Positions 1 to 12,879 of a stretch of 64,000 nt of DNA are shown here, piece after piece; the first letter of the stretch is position 1; every line of letters starts with the position of its first letter. Source of the DNA: Lama guanicoe (lineage: Eukaryota). The translations under genes were made by a program, and so were the position numbers. The notes beneath the pieces are model-generated. The model was not told where the DNA came from. It was given only the letters and a program-made list of their open reading frames with translations, and ran no database searches. Where the stretch lies: positions 3,162,001-3,226,000 of the forward strand of contig MU054212.1 of NCBI GenBank assembly GCA_013239625.1, given 5' to 3'.

Positions 1-506
1 AAAGAAGCACAATTATAGGTAATGGGACAGAATAACAAACAGTGGGGACGAAAGAAACCAGTGGACCTTAGCCTGCCCCACGCCGCAGTCTTGCAGCCAT
101 GCAACAGCTTAAACACAAAGCCGCCATTAGGGTAGTGAGGCTATTCAGGTTGATCCAACAGGCTAATTTCCATGGTCCCCTTGGATGCAAGGACTGCACT
201 TGTGACTTGAGTCCAGTCCTCTAATGCCAACCCAGCAAGCTTCATTTAGCAGAAGACCTTGCTTTTTTAAAGAAACTCAAAATTGTAACGAGGAGTTGTG
301 CTCAGAAAGTGAAGGACGTTCACTATGTTTGGTCATCGCTGTTTTATCTCTGAGCTCGTGTCTGCACACGTCCAGTGTGGATGAGTGCAAAACGCTGTCA
401 GTTACATCTGGCATGAAAGACTAGAGAAGGTGGATTATGACTATTAGGGTTTTGATATTTCATTGGAATTTTAGATCTCTAATAGATTTGAAATATAGCT
501 CTTAAA

Positions 507-991
507 AACTGAAGTATAGTTGACATACACTATCATTGAAGTTATAAACAATATAGTGATTTCACAATTTTTAAGGCTTATGTTCCATGTGTAGCTGTTA
601 TCAAATATTGGCTATATTCCCCATGTTGTACAAGGAATCCTTGTAGCTTGTTTTATACCTAATAGTTTGTATCTTTTACTCCCTTGCCCTTATCTTGCCC
701 CTCCCCTCTTCCCTCTCCTCACTGGCAACCACAAATTTGTTCTATCTGTGAGTCTGTTTCTTTTTGGTTATATTCACCAGCTTGTTGTATTTTTTAGATT
801 TTTACATTTAAGTGGTATACAGTACTTGTCTTTCTCTATCTGACTTATTTCACTTAGCATAATGCCCTCCAAGTCCATCAGTGTTGCTGCAGGTGGCAAA
901 ATTTCATTCTTTTTGATGGCTAAGTAGTATTTCATTGTACATCCATACCATAGCCTCTTTATCCATTCCTCTGTTGATGGACACGTAGGCT
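507..991 (-). mobile_element. LINE-1 3' end (5'-truncated, cetartiodactyl-type)
   Basis: Typical reverse-strand L1 3'UTR/ORF2-end text (tgacttatttcacttagcataatgccctccaagtccatc; ttatccattcctctgttgatggacac). The string atagctctt occurs on both flanks as a possible TSD remnant. Confidence 0.9.
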
Positions 992-2179
992 GTGAAACAT
1001 AGATAGCTCTTTAGTATCTCCAGGTTTCTGTTTAGTTTTCTAAAAATGAGTATTTGTCAGCCAGCCTCTCCTCCCTTTGCTCTGAAGATGAGTGACAGCA
1101 GTGTGTATATCTGGAGGGGAAACGGAGGAGGGCGCCCTGACTCCAACACCGTGTTGTAGACAGTCCATCCTTGCTCTTGTTTGCCTAGTGGGGTGGGGGA
1201 GAAGGAACCAGCTGCCCAGGGCTGGAATGTCTAAGTGTAAAGTGTTCCTTTTTTGGGGGAGGGGAGTATTGTTACGGACATGGATTCCCAAACAAGACAT
1301 TTTCCAGGCAAGAGGAATGAGTCCATGAGGTGACTGTGGAATTGGGGGCTGACTGGGGTGAACCAGGGGGCTAGGAAACTCAAGGGCCTGTTTCTTCCCC
1401 ATCCATTGCCCACTAGTCCTGAGCTACGTGAGCCCTGGGAACAGCAGTGCCTCCTGGGAGAGCAGCAGTGACACGGACAGGGACACATTCCATTTGTCCT
1501 GTTTGGTTAAGCGTCTGCCAGCCCCAGATCAGGTTCGTCTGTGTCAGCACCTCTGAGGGACACACACGCCCCTCTGGCCGACATCGCCTGCAACATTGAC
1601 AAGTCAGCTTTCCCCAAGGCTGCCTCTCCCCCAAGCCGGGCTCCACCCTCTCCGTCTGAGCAGGGGACTCACTCCTGCGTGTCGCCCTGTGTCACCTGGG
1701 CCGGCACTACGCTAGGAAGAGATGGTGGCCTGTGGCATCAGATTGTGCCTCGGGAAACCTGAGGCCATGCCGAGAGGGGTTCCTTTTCAGGATTTCAGTC
1801 TGAGAAAGAATGCGAAGGAAGAATGTGAGACATAAACTTGCAGCAAAGCGGGACAGAGAGGGGGTCAGACAGAAGACCACTAACAAAGCAAATGCATGAG
1901 CCAATGGGTATTTGTCAGGTCTTATATCTTTGTGCATTAAGATACATTTTATTACTTTTATTTTGCAAATATTATTCCATTAATTATACATATTGAAGCT
2001 TTTGAGGGGGAGGTTTCTAAAATAGTTTGTTTCTCCCGAAGATGACTATTTGATTCAAGATGTCATTGAAGTGGCTACCAAGAAGCATCAATGGCCACGG
2101 CCAACTCCTTCTGGTCTCCCTGTCTTCTCCAGGCCAGGCAGGGGTAGCCCTGGGCCTCATGCCTTAGCCTGAGGCTGGG

Positions 2180-2301
2180 AGCCGCCAGGGGCTGTGCAAC
2201 CTCACTGCCCGCAGCCGGTGCAGCAGGAGCGCCTGCCGGACGCGGCGGGGGCGGAGGGGCACAGAGGGGCGCCTGCCCCCTGCAGTGTAGCCTAGGTAAG
2301 T
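2180..2301 (+). promoter_or_regulatory. Small GC/CpG-rich patch with GC box, ending in a consensus 5' splice site (candidate first exon)
   Basis: gccggacgcggcgggggcggagggg followed by TAG|GTAAGT at 2295/2296. Confidence 0.4.
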
Positions 2302-2422
2302 GCAGCTGTGCCAATGGAGAAGGGGTGGGAGTGGGGCAGCCCAACCCTTCCCGGCCCTGGAAGCAGCATTTTCCTGGGGAACTGTGTCTTCCCCGCTCAT
2401 TACTGACTAGTCCAAAGCTACT

Positions 2423-2591
2423 TGAGCCAGCTGGGAGAGCGGCAGTGACATCCAACCACAACTCTTTCATATTGAGACACTGATGGAGAGGAGTCACTGA
2501 GCCAGCTGGGAGAGCGGCAGTGACATCGGCAGGGCTGGTGTTGACATCCAACCACAACTCTTTCATATTGAGACACTGATGGAGAGGAGTC
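2423..2591. repeat. Tandem duplication; first copy lacks an internal 21-nt segment
   Basis: Copy 1 (2423-2495) equals copy 2 (2498-2591) except for ggcagggctggtgttgacatc (2528-2548), which is bounded by tgacatc direct repeats. Confidence 0.95.
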
Positions 2592-2995
2592 TGCTTAATC
2601 AATTTACAGAGAAACAGCTATCACCGAGCAAGCGAGCAAGCAAGCCTAATTCTCTAAAGATCCTCCAGACACTGCATCATCACCCCACCTCCCCCTTCCT
2701 CGTTATGATTCCGCAATCTGTTTTTTGGAAGGAACAAACACGTCTTGACGTACCTTGCTCAGAAATAGTATCACAGTGTATTGGCTTCACCTACTCCCCA
2801 CATGAGGGAAAACCACCCTCGGCAGGAGGAGGGAGTGTAGGCTCCCTACAGGGGCTCTTCTTAGGGCCCCCATAACTGTAGCCACTAGTGACTAGACTGC
2901 AGCCAATCCTGTAACAAGATGCAGGTGGATGGATCTGAGCACCATTCAGCTACGACAGCCAAAGAAAAGACTGACACTGCTGGACCAGCTCTCAG

Positions 2996-4560
2996 ACCGC
3001 TGGGAAGACCCTCGCCTCACCTGTGACTCATGGCCCATCGATTGAGACTGCCAGGACCAGGGCATGCCCCCTCCGGAGTGTTTACACCACCGGAGCGGGC
3101 AGGCTCTTCTTGGCCCCTGCCAGGGCTCCAGCCTCCTTCAGGTAAAGCACAGCTGTTGGATCAAGACGTATGGAGAGGGTGAGTGATGACACTGGGTTTG
3201 GGATGGGTCTTGATGGAGGATTTGCGTGTGTTGCTCAATTAAGTTCATCCTCATCCCAGCTCTGTCACATGGTTATGATCAAGTTTCCATTAAACTTAAC
3301 CCAGTGTCTTACAACTGGCAACTCTGAGAGCTGGGATTAAAATCCAGGTTTGCCTGGCTCCAAACCTTGTGTTTCTCACTGCATAACACACGTTTACCCC
3401 ACAGGGCTCTCAGCGCCATCACATCTGGGATTAGAAGAGTGTTTCCTTGCTGCTAGATCCAAGTGAATACTCTCCTTTGTACTGAGCCACCTTGAGGTGG
3501 CCAGATGTGTCTGAGCCACCTGGAGCTAGAGCGGACAGGGGACACGCCAAACCTGTGATTGCTGCTCTTCTCCAACTTGAATTACATAGGTTGGGTACCA
3601 AGAACTGACACTCTGCTGGATGATCCTAAATGGTTAGCGTGGCTGAGGGCATACTGGGTTCTTGCTTCTAGAAAACCACGATGTAAACTAGTGTAAACTA
3701 GACTCCAGGTCTCTTGTTATGCTGAATAAATCCCACAGAGACGTGGTCATCCGCTCAGCTTTGATGTCAGAACAAAGCTCCTTATCATCATGGCATCTTT
3801 ATTTCCACTCCTGCCTCTCCATTCCTATTGGAAACATATAGCCAGACTTGGTGGTTATGGAGTGGTGGTGTCTTTACTCCATCCTCGGTAACCTTTTCAA
3901 GAAAACTTACATCTTGGCATTCCAGGGACTGCAAATCCAGGACGACACCTAAGATGTGGGCACTTTGGAGTCATGTGCCTGGATCAGGGGTGACCGGAGG
4001 AGAGCTGAAGGTCTCTTTCAGTCTCTGATAAACTCCCAGCGACCAGGGAACCGGGTCCCCTCGGCTTCTTATCAGCTGAGACCCTAGCTCTACGATGCCG
4101 TCTCCATGGAGATTCATACACTGAGGGTAAAAAATGCCTACTTCCTGCCACGAGTAAGAGGATGCCTGAGAGTTGGGTCATAGCACCTTCCACCTGCCTG
4201 GACTCATCAGCAGGACAGTGTGTCCTCTGGGTCCCAGTATAGAACTCGTTTTCAGCAGAATCCAGTTTCTACGTTTTAGGTTAGTAACTTATCAGATGGT
4301 TGGCCCAAAAGATGGAAACCAACAAGTTTCATGTGTTGCATTTTGGTTAATTTCTCAGGGGTTCTGTCGCCCTCCAGGTGGCTGTCTCCCAGGTCCCTGG
4401 TGTCCCTCTGCTCTACTCATCGCGTCTCCTACCTCCATCCAGTCACTTTTCTGTACCGTGTCTTCTTCAAGGTGTTTGCAGCCCCCAGCCCTGCATGGTT
4501 ACAATCGTGGAGGTCTACAAGTGCCCAGACCAGTGTGCAGAAGATCTCCTGACGGCCAAG
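2996..4560 (+). other. Two candidate spliced exons (2996-3141, 4359-4560), product unknown
   Basis: ctctcAG|acc...ttcag|GTAAAG and ttaatttctcAG|ggg...gccaag|GTAGGT. Joined, one frame stays open for 116 codons (TAGKTLASPVTH...ASFR GSVALQVAVSQV...YKCPDQCAEDLLTAK). No upstream start or homologue recognised. Confidence 0.3.
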
Positions 4561-5149
4561 GTAGGTTGTGAGACACAAATTTCACGCCTACTTCAGCCCA
4601 ACAGCTTGTGGCATGGGAGGGAGACCAGACTTAGTAAGTTTTTACCCCTATTCATGCTTTACTTGCAACTGTCAATTCACTTTAAATCTGTACTCTCTAC
4701 CAGATCAACTTCACTTACACAACAGCGTGAGTTAGGTTACACAACCTCACTACACAAATCACACAAATCACCCTGGGACAGGGGACCTAACTAATCCACC
4801 TGGGAGAGTTGCCTCAAGCTCTCATGTGTAAAAGAGAGAGAATGATGCCGACTTTATGGACTGGTGAAAAATAAGTGGAATAAATACACAATTCCTGTCA
4901 TATATATTCATTAAATGTGGCTTTTCACCACAACTTTTATATTTCTGCTGAGAGTATATTACCTTCCTGCAGTCCCCCTGAGCCCTTGAATTAAAACTTG
5001 TCAGACTTTATTCATTCACATCCCATATTTAGACACCAAGCGCTATTCATTTTTTTCTATTCATTCCCACTATCAATGTATCACTTAGACACATTTTTTT
5101 TATGCCCACACTATTGTCATGGCTGCTAGTGGAATAAATTAAGCAATGC

Positions 5150-5810
5150 ATTCATTTGAAAAGGATTTGAGCGTCTAATATGTGCAGTGTTGAGTGGTGT
5201 TGGGCCAGAGGGGCAAACCACTCTGATGAGGGTCTGTCCTCCTGGTACTTAGGTTCTTGTGGGTGAAGGCAGATCACGAACAGATAAACAAACAAAAGGT
5301 TTGATGGTGACATGTGTGATGCCAACACCAAAACAGCGTGATGTGATGAAACATGAGGGGCAGGTGGAGGGCGGGGAGACCAGAAGAACCAGCTGTCTAG
5401 GGAAGAGCTATTTGTGGAGAAGCTACTTGAGCTGAGATCTGAGAGACGAGAAGAAACCCAAGATCTGGGGGTGGAGCATTTCAGGCAGGGGCAGCAAGGG
5501 AAAAGGGCCCTTGAATGGGAAGGAGCCTGGCCAGGAGGAGGGATAGTGGGCAGCCCAGGGTGGCTGTTTACAAGAGAGAGGAGCCCAGGGACACAGGATG
5601 AAACCAAAGAGGAGGGCAGGGTCATCTCCTGTGGGAACATCAGGTCGTGGAGAATTTAGGGTTTAGGTCATGGGAAGGATTTAGGATTTTACCCGAGGTG
5701 TAAGACGAACCACTGGAAGTTTTTGACAAGGGGATAGCAGGATGTGATGGATGCTTTAAAAAGCTCACTGCGCTGGCCCAGTGGAGAATAGAATAGGGCG
5801 AGAGGCTGGT
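5150..5810 (-). mobile_element. LINE-2 fragment
   Basis: Degenerate L2 3' end (attcatttga...tgagcgtctaatatgtgcag) followed by typical purine-rich L2 text (gagctgagatctgag; ttttaaaaagctcactg...tggagaatag). Confidence 0.65.
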
Positions 5811-8809
5811 GGCTGGGCTCCGTGGAGATGGAACAAAAAGGAAAATACAGGGCAGGGTTTTAAGAGTCCATGCTAACGGTCCTGAAGGGATTTCTCTACT
5901 CCAAAATTTTCAGTGCTATCCCATTATACTTCCTGCCAAATCAAATCTCAGTAACTTTGGTTTCCAAGTCCTCCTTGACCCTTCCCTGGCTACGTTTCAC
6001 GGACTGTTGACTTTTCCAAACTCCACACTATCTACACTGTGTGGTTAATAAGCAAGCGAGTAATCACATCCTCTCTGGGGTTCTGCGCAGCCTTTAAGGT
6101 GGATTCGTCCTCTTTTTCAAGATAGAAAATCCCTTTAGAAGAGGCTCTGTATTGACCTTTTCCCCCATATCCTCCGTCATACTTACTACAGCTCTAAACA
6201 CAGGGTATGTGTGAAAATTGCTGACTGATTGATGAAAAACATGCATCACTCGCATTCGTTTCTTCAGGATTTCTCTTGTATGAAAGGTGATTATCTGTCA
6301 GTATTCATGGCATCACTGAACCAATATGCAAGGCATTCATCATCTTGGGGATAAGCAGATGAAGCTGCCTTGTAATCTTTCTATTTTGCTGGGAAAATTT
6401 CACTTGCTTCGGAGTTTATGAGGCCATAAGTGGCTCCCATCTGTTGATGAACATATTTCTAAGAGTCATTTAGTCTCAAGGATGAAATACTTGAGGGGAA
6501 GTTAAATGGTAACTTTTATATTAAGTGTCATCTCAGTAACAGAACCAAAATTGGAAGCATGTGTTCAATTTTGGTCTTACGTTTTCAAAGCTTTAGGTCA
6601 GGCAAAGAATTAATTTCATTTGTTTACAAAGCAGATTATGCCTAATAAAATCTATTTTGTTTACGGTCACATTTAAGTCAATCCATTGCCTTAGAAAATG
6701 AGAGAAATATGATTGGCTAATTACTCAACATAGTAAATTACATTATTCCCCAACCACAGAACACTGCCCTAATTGAATTATCCAGTAATAAATAGTGTGA
6801 TGGAAATATTTCCTTTTAATACATTTTGAGCAAGGCGTATACCAGTGATGAAACAGTGAAGAATCTTGTTTATTCCATCCTTGTTTGAGGATCAGCCACA
6901 GAATATAACATAAGACTTCTGTGGATAATAACTTTTTCCACATTAAAGATAACAAAGCAAGGTAGCCCTCACTGGAATCCTTACTGGTACTTTTGAATTT
7001 TCACTACTTGTCTGTGCATCTTTTCCTTTCCAGAAATTTGTTCTCTGATAAGTGCTACTTTACAAAATAAAGTTTCAGTAAAATTGGTTTTAATTTACGC
7101 ACTATCAAAGAGATATAGCTTGGATCATGCTCTCTCTGGGGAGGTAGAAAAACTCTCTAGGACACCTTCTTTCACTCTTGAGATTCGGGTGAGGACCACT
7201 TCCTCAGCAAAATGCAGATGCACACGAAGGTCTACACACAATGTCAGGGATACCCGAGGGATCTGCCCCGAGGGGCCAAAACCATATATTTAGCATGAAG
7301 TCCACAGCATTGGCCTTGTATTAATGACTACTAGTTGTTATTTATTTATTTTTTTCATCTTGGGCTTTTAGAAATATTTATTATGGCCAAATGTTGTAAA
7401 CAGTGAAATTCAAAATAATGAAGATTTTTTAAAAAAGTGTTTCAGTTTGTACATACAAAGGAAATAGGCATTTTAGCATCGTTATGGGGAACAGAGCTCA
7501 ACCTTAAGCAGTGATCTGCATACACTATAAATATATTTCTGATCCTTGATCATGACTCTTAAAACACATTTTTTTATGTCCATAAGCAACTTTTATTCAA
7601 AATGATGACTACTCAAGTGCCTCTTTCCCACACCCGCAGAAGACACCAAGTTTGCACTTGAGTCCTTCATTCAGTTCCTTATCACGAGAAGAAAGAATAA
7701 GATGGGTAAACAGTCTAAAGGTAGATTAAAAGATACTGTGTTAGAAATGTATATTCAAACATGATGACAAATGGGCTCTTTGGCCCATTCTGATCATAGC
7801 TTTAACCCAAGAAATGGAAGACTTTCTATGGGGAGGTGACGTCTGAGTTACCAAATGTTGAAGGGTCCCCATTAACCACGCTCCCGGCTGGTAGAACTTG
7901 GCCACTGGGGTTAGTTTCTATGTGTTGAGGGAAAAAAATCCCCGATGATGGTGCTGACCATTTTGCTCATAAAATCTTCTGAGCTGAAAGCCTGCAGTTA
8001 CCCAGTGAGGCTCACCTTCAGGTACAGATGCTAGCAAGTAGGGAGGAATGCATTAGGAAACTCAGTCGAGGGGATGAAAAAGATGAGAAACAGACTGACT
8101 AGAAAACACTTGTGGAATAAATTTTCCTGGCCTGTTGGGTGACAGCGTCTTAGGTGGTGTCATTCAGTTACACTAGATGGTAAATTCACTGTTTTTAATT
8201 TTTTTAAATAGATGTTACATTTTTAGTAGTTTCAGAATCCCATACTTTCTCAAATGAGTAAATAGATAGTGACATATTATTAATAGTGAAGAACTTACAA
8301 AAGGGTTTTTAGAAGTAAGGTACTTTTCTGGAAAAGAGAAGAAGAGAAGATGTTTTAGCTGGTGACAGTACAGGTTTCTACTTCAACTCTTGTTTTGTGC
8401 CCATGGTAGTTTGGTCTGGGCTCTCTTGAGAAAAACTGCCAGTAGGCAACAGATTACCCCAATGTATACTTTTTTTTTTTAAGTTTCTTTTCAGGTGACA
8501 AATAGTTTTTCTCTGAGACCAGATTCATTTGATTTTTCACTTACTTAATTAAAAAAGTAATTTAATGCTCATCAGGAACCCCAGAGTGAGTACCTGCTCA
8601 TTTTGATAGTTACAACGTTTTGAAAAAATAAATAAAAAGATCTACCACATCATAATCACCTGTATTCTAGGTCAGTCTCCTAACCAACTGCTTTGGTGCT
8701 GGTGTCAAAATTAGAGTACTGGTTAGGGTGGTCCTAAGTGGGAGCATTTAATTAATGGAAGAACATTCAGAACTTGTGTAGTACAGCACAACAGCAAGGA
8801 GAAAGGATT

Positions 8810-9085
8810 TCAGAATGAGATCCACCTAGATTCGGGTTCCAGCTCTGTCACTCATCATCTGTGTGCCTTTAAATAAAGGCATTTAAAGCCACAGAGAAGA
8901 GTGGCTGATCATATGGTAGAGTTGGACTGCCTGCTTCCATTCTTGGGCAAGCTACTTAACTACCCTCGCCTTGACTCCCTTGATCTGTACCTACCTCCCA
9001 AGGTTACTGCTGCAAGGTTGAAAGGAGATAATTTTATGTAAAATTTAGCATAATGCCTACGCACAGCAAGTTCATTAAATGCTTA
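8810..9085 (+). mobile_element. MIR SINE fragments
   Basis: gggttccagctctgtcactc; cttgggcaagctacttaac; tacctacctcccaagg...tttagcataatgcct...cattaaatg. Confidence 0.75.
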
Positions 9086-9087
9086 AT

Positions 9088-9412
9088 GGAGATTCTTCAA
9101 GATGGCGGAATAGGACACAGAGCTCACCCTCTCCCACGAAGTCACCAAAAATACATCTACATGTGGAACAGTTCTCACAGAATGCCTGCTCAACTTTGAC
9201 AGAAGTACAACTGGAACTACAGGGAGAATCTTCATGAAACTGGATACACAACAAGGTCCTACTGTACAGCACAGGGAACTATAGTCAATATCTTGTAATA
9301 GCCTATAATGGAAAAGAATATAAAGAGGAATACATATGTAACTGAATGACAATGCTGCACACCAGAAATGAACACAACACTGTAAATTTACTTCAATAAA
9401 AAATTTAAAAAA
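9088..9412 (+). mobile_element. Short L1-derived element: L1 5'UTR head fused to L1 3'UTR tail (putative spliced L1 retrocopy)
   Basis: 9088-9243 begins with the L1 YY1 motif CAAGATGGCGG and includes aaatacatctacatgtggaaca. 9244-9412 matches the L1 3'UTR seen at 33470-33637 and ends in AATAAA plus an A-rich tail. Confidence 0.85.
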
Positions 9413-10076
9413 CACGTAATAATAATGCTAACCATTATTATTATTAATTTCATGCTCCACACGGCGGGACCTGAAAAATTACTAAATCTTTCAAATGTGA
9501 GTTTCCGCCTGTATAGAAAGGAGATTAAAACAGGTGCCCTCCTAGGCTTGTTGTGACCAAGAAATGCGGTGGTGATGGAGTGAAAACACAACTCTTGGTC
9601 ACAATTATTTAGAAGCATTCTGAGTCAGAATTATCTGCGTATGTGATTGCTAGTAGTTCTTGCAGAGTTGCTAATAAACAATTGTCCTTATTCCAGCCAT
9701 TATTTCCTGCTTGGCGTTCATGCTTTTAAAACACTCAAGGACCATTTTCCCCTCCCTCCCTTTGTCTTGACAATATATTTCCAAAGACTCTTGTCTTTTT
9801 CCATAGACATCCTTATACAGTATTTTAACTTTCCTGGCTTCTGATTAAAGAGGAGAGGGCCTGCCCTTTGACATTAACACCTGAGTACCTCCTAGATATG
9901 AAGTCTTCTAGCCTTTAATAAAGATCATCTTTTATAAGTTCTTCTTTGTGGACCACCGTTGGTGCCGCCACTTTCAGTCTTGCTTCCAAGTACTTTTCAA
10001 AAAGACTCATAAGTTGGACAGTTTTTTTAAAAGCACAACTTCCAGGTTTAGAAGGTAATCTTCAAAGAGAACGGGG

Positions 10077-10240
10077 GGACAGCAAGGTCCTACTGCAGAG
10101 CACAGGGTACTATATTCAATAGCTTGTAATGGCCAATAACGAAAAATAATTGGAAAAAGAGTATATACGTGCATAAATCAATCACTATGCTGTATACCAG
10201 AAATTAACACAACATTGTAAATCACTATCCTTCCAAAAAA
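10077..10240 (+). mobile_element. LINE-1 3' terminal fragment
   Basis: caaggtcctactgcagagcacagggtactatattcaat...tatgctgtataccagaaattaacacaacattgtaaatc. Confidence 0.9.
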
Positions 10241-11470
10241 GGCATAATAGTAACACATACACAATAAACAATGTTTTAGCTTCACAAGGAAACCAAATAT
10301 TTTTAAGCATATTCAAACTCTACCTTGCTCTTTCGTCCCCTTCTGCACAATTTATACAATAACTAGAAAATACTTTGTCTTTAAAAAGCAAAAAGAGAAT
10401 GAGGAGATGGGAATCTTTACTAGCTCCTTGAGTGCTGAACCTGTCAAGAGAAACTCTCTTTAGGTCAAAGTTGTCTCCTTGAGTGCCTGGCCACTTTGAT
10501 AAGAATAGTGCAAGGTAATGCAATCCCACTTTAAATTTAGAAGTTGTAAAGTTCACGCTATGCTGAAAAGGCAGCAGTGAATGGCATCGCCACACTTACA
10601 TTCAAGAAAAAAAAATCAGAAGCCTAAGTCTTGACCCAAGCAAACGGTTCAATGTTTCGCAGGCAGTTATGAAATGTGGACATAAAGGTGAAACGAAGGT
10701 GTGGGTCTCCCTGCCCTCCGATTCTTTCATTCCCCGACTGCGTGACCATTCTTCATAGAGACCACATGCAGCCTTAGCTTGTCTGTTTTTGGTTTCAGTT
10801 CCTTACTTGGAAGGGCAAAGGACAACATCTGGTTCCTGCCTGATAAGAATCAACGGCACACCAGGTTTGAACGGTCCAGGGTACCGGAAGGAGACTGCCC
10901 GCATCCCCACAATCCATCCCTCTGCCTTTTGAGATAATAGTTCAGTGAGTTAACGGATTTGCATTCTACCAGCAATTGGCTGGACACCTATGATGGACAA
11001 GGTCTAACAGTGGACACAGAAATGAACCAGACGTGATTTCTTCTCTTTAGGGTGATCCCATCTAGTTACAAAATCATATGGGAATATAAAGCACTAGAAT
11101 ATCGAGTGGAAAAGGCAAGGGACTACAGCAAAGGGGCAGAAAAATAATACAGGGGTATGGAAGGAGGGAGTACTCTCAGCTCTGTGATGACGAAAGTGTC
11201 TTGGAAGAGGTGATAGTGGCGTTGGTCTCGGGAATATGAGTAAATTTGGTACGTGCAGAGAAACAGGTGAGTATGTCGGCATGACAGTTTTAAATAGGAC
11301 ACAACAGTCTTACAGAAAGCGGCACAATGGGAAATAAGTCTAGGGAGGCGGGGTGCATGCTCACCAGAGGAGGTCACAGGGCCTTGGGTTTTGTAGTCAA
11401 AGGTTAGGATTCTGTGGACAACAGGTGAGTGGGTTCAATCTTTTCTTCTTATTGGAATCACATTTTGAGA

Positions 11471-11668
11471 TTTTTTTTTAACTGAAGTATCGCTGATTTA
11501 CAATGTTGTGTTAGTTTCTGGTGCACAGCACAGTGATTAAGTTATACATATACATATATATTCTTTTTCATTTATAGGTTATTACAAGCTATTAAATATA
11601 GTTCCCCGTGCAATACAGTAGGACCTTGTTGTTTACCTATTCTGTATATAGTAGCTTGTATCTGCTAA
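11471..11668 (-). mobile_element. LINE-1 3' terminal fragment
   Basis: Reverse complement of the same L1 3'UTR (gttccccgtgcaatacagtaggaccttgttgttta), with poly(T) at the left end and similar flanks (acattttgaga / acatactgag). Confidence 0.9.
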
Positions 11669-12879
11669 CATACTGAGTTTTTAAGTTGTAAATGTCTGAT
11701 CAGGATCATCGTAGGCATATACGGAGCCTACAGCAGGATATGAATGGAGGCCTACGTACTGTAGGTCTAAATATTTAAGAATTTAAAGTAAGCAATACTC
11801 AAGCCCTGGTCCTTGTTTTCACCCAAGGTCTGCAGCCTGTCCCAAAGGACTGCTCTGGGCCTAGAGGCTAAAAAAGCCCCTTCTCCTTGACGGCCACCCT
11901 GCCACTGGGGGCCACCAGGAGGAGAGTAGGATGGATACTGGCCTCAGCCAGGGACCCCAGGCAATGGCTGACCTGCCTCCACTGAGGACGGGGATGACCC
12001 AGTAAATCTCATCAGGTTTCAGGAAACCTGCAAGGTTCTCTTACTTCATGCCTCATTTTTCTGACTCAGGATTGCCAGGCAGTTCTAAGTACCACCCAGA
12101 ACATCACCTGCCCACGGCACCCATGTCCCAAGCAGAGGGGAGGGCAGGAGCACCATTACCCAGAGGAACGCCATCTCCTGCACATCCTTCCACTTTGGGG
12201 TTGGGGGGCTACCTTGAAACTAAAGCAGTTTCTTTTTCTCTCTGGTTTCAAAGGGCACAGGCTGATCTATGATCACCCAGCCCAACCCCACCCCACTCGA
12301 CCAGGGGGCCCAATCCAGCTGCTCTGTTCCTCTCCAACATTTTGTGTGTGCTCAACTGGTTATCAGACTTTACACATGAAGATGAAGAGCAAAAAAAAAA
12401 AAACAAAAAAAAAACGGGGTTGCTATTTCTGTGCTTGTGATGTTCGGGGTCTTCCAAAGCATATGAACTCTCTTGGCCTGGTTTAACAGTTATGCCACGT
12501 CTGAATCCAACCACTGACCCAGAATTTCTTGGCAGGGGAGGTGTGGGTGGGGTCTCAAGGCCTGTGCTAACAATGTTCCACTGGTGACTATAGTGCAGAG
12601 GCAGGGTAAAATCAGGGAGGCATTTCTGTTTAATTATTGTTTTTCGGCAGAGGAGAGATGCCAGATCACTGGGATTTTGGCAAGTGCAGTGGAACAGAAT
12701 GATGAATGGAATGGCGCCAGAGCAGGAGGGCCGAGCAGGTGAGATGAGGGCCCGAGGAAGCAGGGCCCAAGGGCTGGGCGTCGGGGGAGAAGCTGGGTGG
12801 CTGGGGCTACCGGAGATCCCATCAGAAGTGCAGGTATTCGCGGCAGAAGGAGCAGAGGCTGACTCTCAGGTTTCCAGCT

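Noticed and set aside
2075..2602. 175-aa minus-strand ORF with an internal repeat
   Set aside because: Its length is explained by the tandem duplication and the GC-rich patch; non-ATG start and no recognisable domain.
2925..4530. Cys-loop receptor resemblance (RWEDPRL near 3000; VSYLHP..QSW near 4420-4510)
   Set aside because: No Cys-loop cysteines, no W-x-P-D motif, an in-frame stop and incompatible frames; treated as chance.
7593..7797. Two tattcaaa-ATGATGAc motifs, each followed by a hairpin (actcaagtgc/gcacttgagt; aatgggc/gcccatt + CTGA), suggesting a C/D snoRNA or miRNA
   Set aside because: The C-to-D span is only 33 nt with no terminal stem or guide room, and the 10-bp stem with a 33-nt loop is not pre-miRNA-like.
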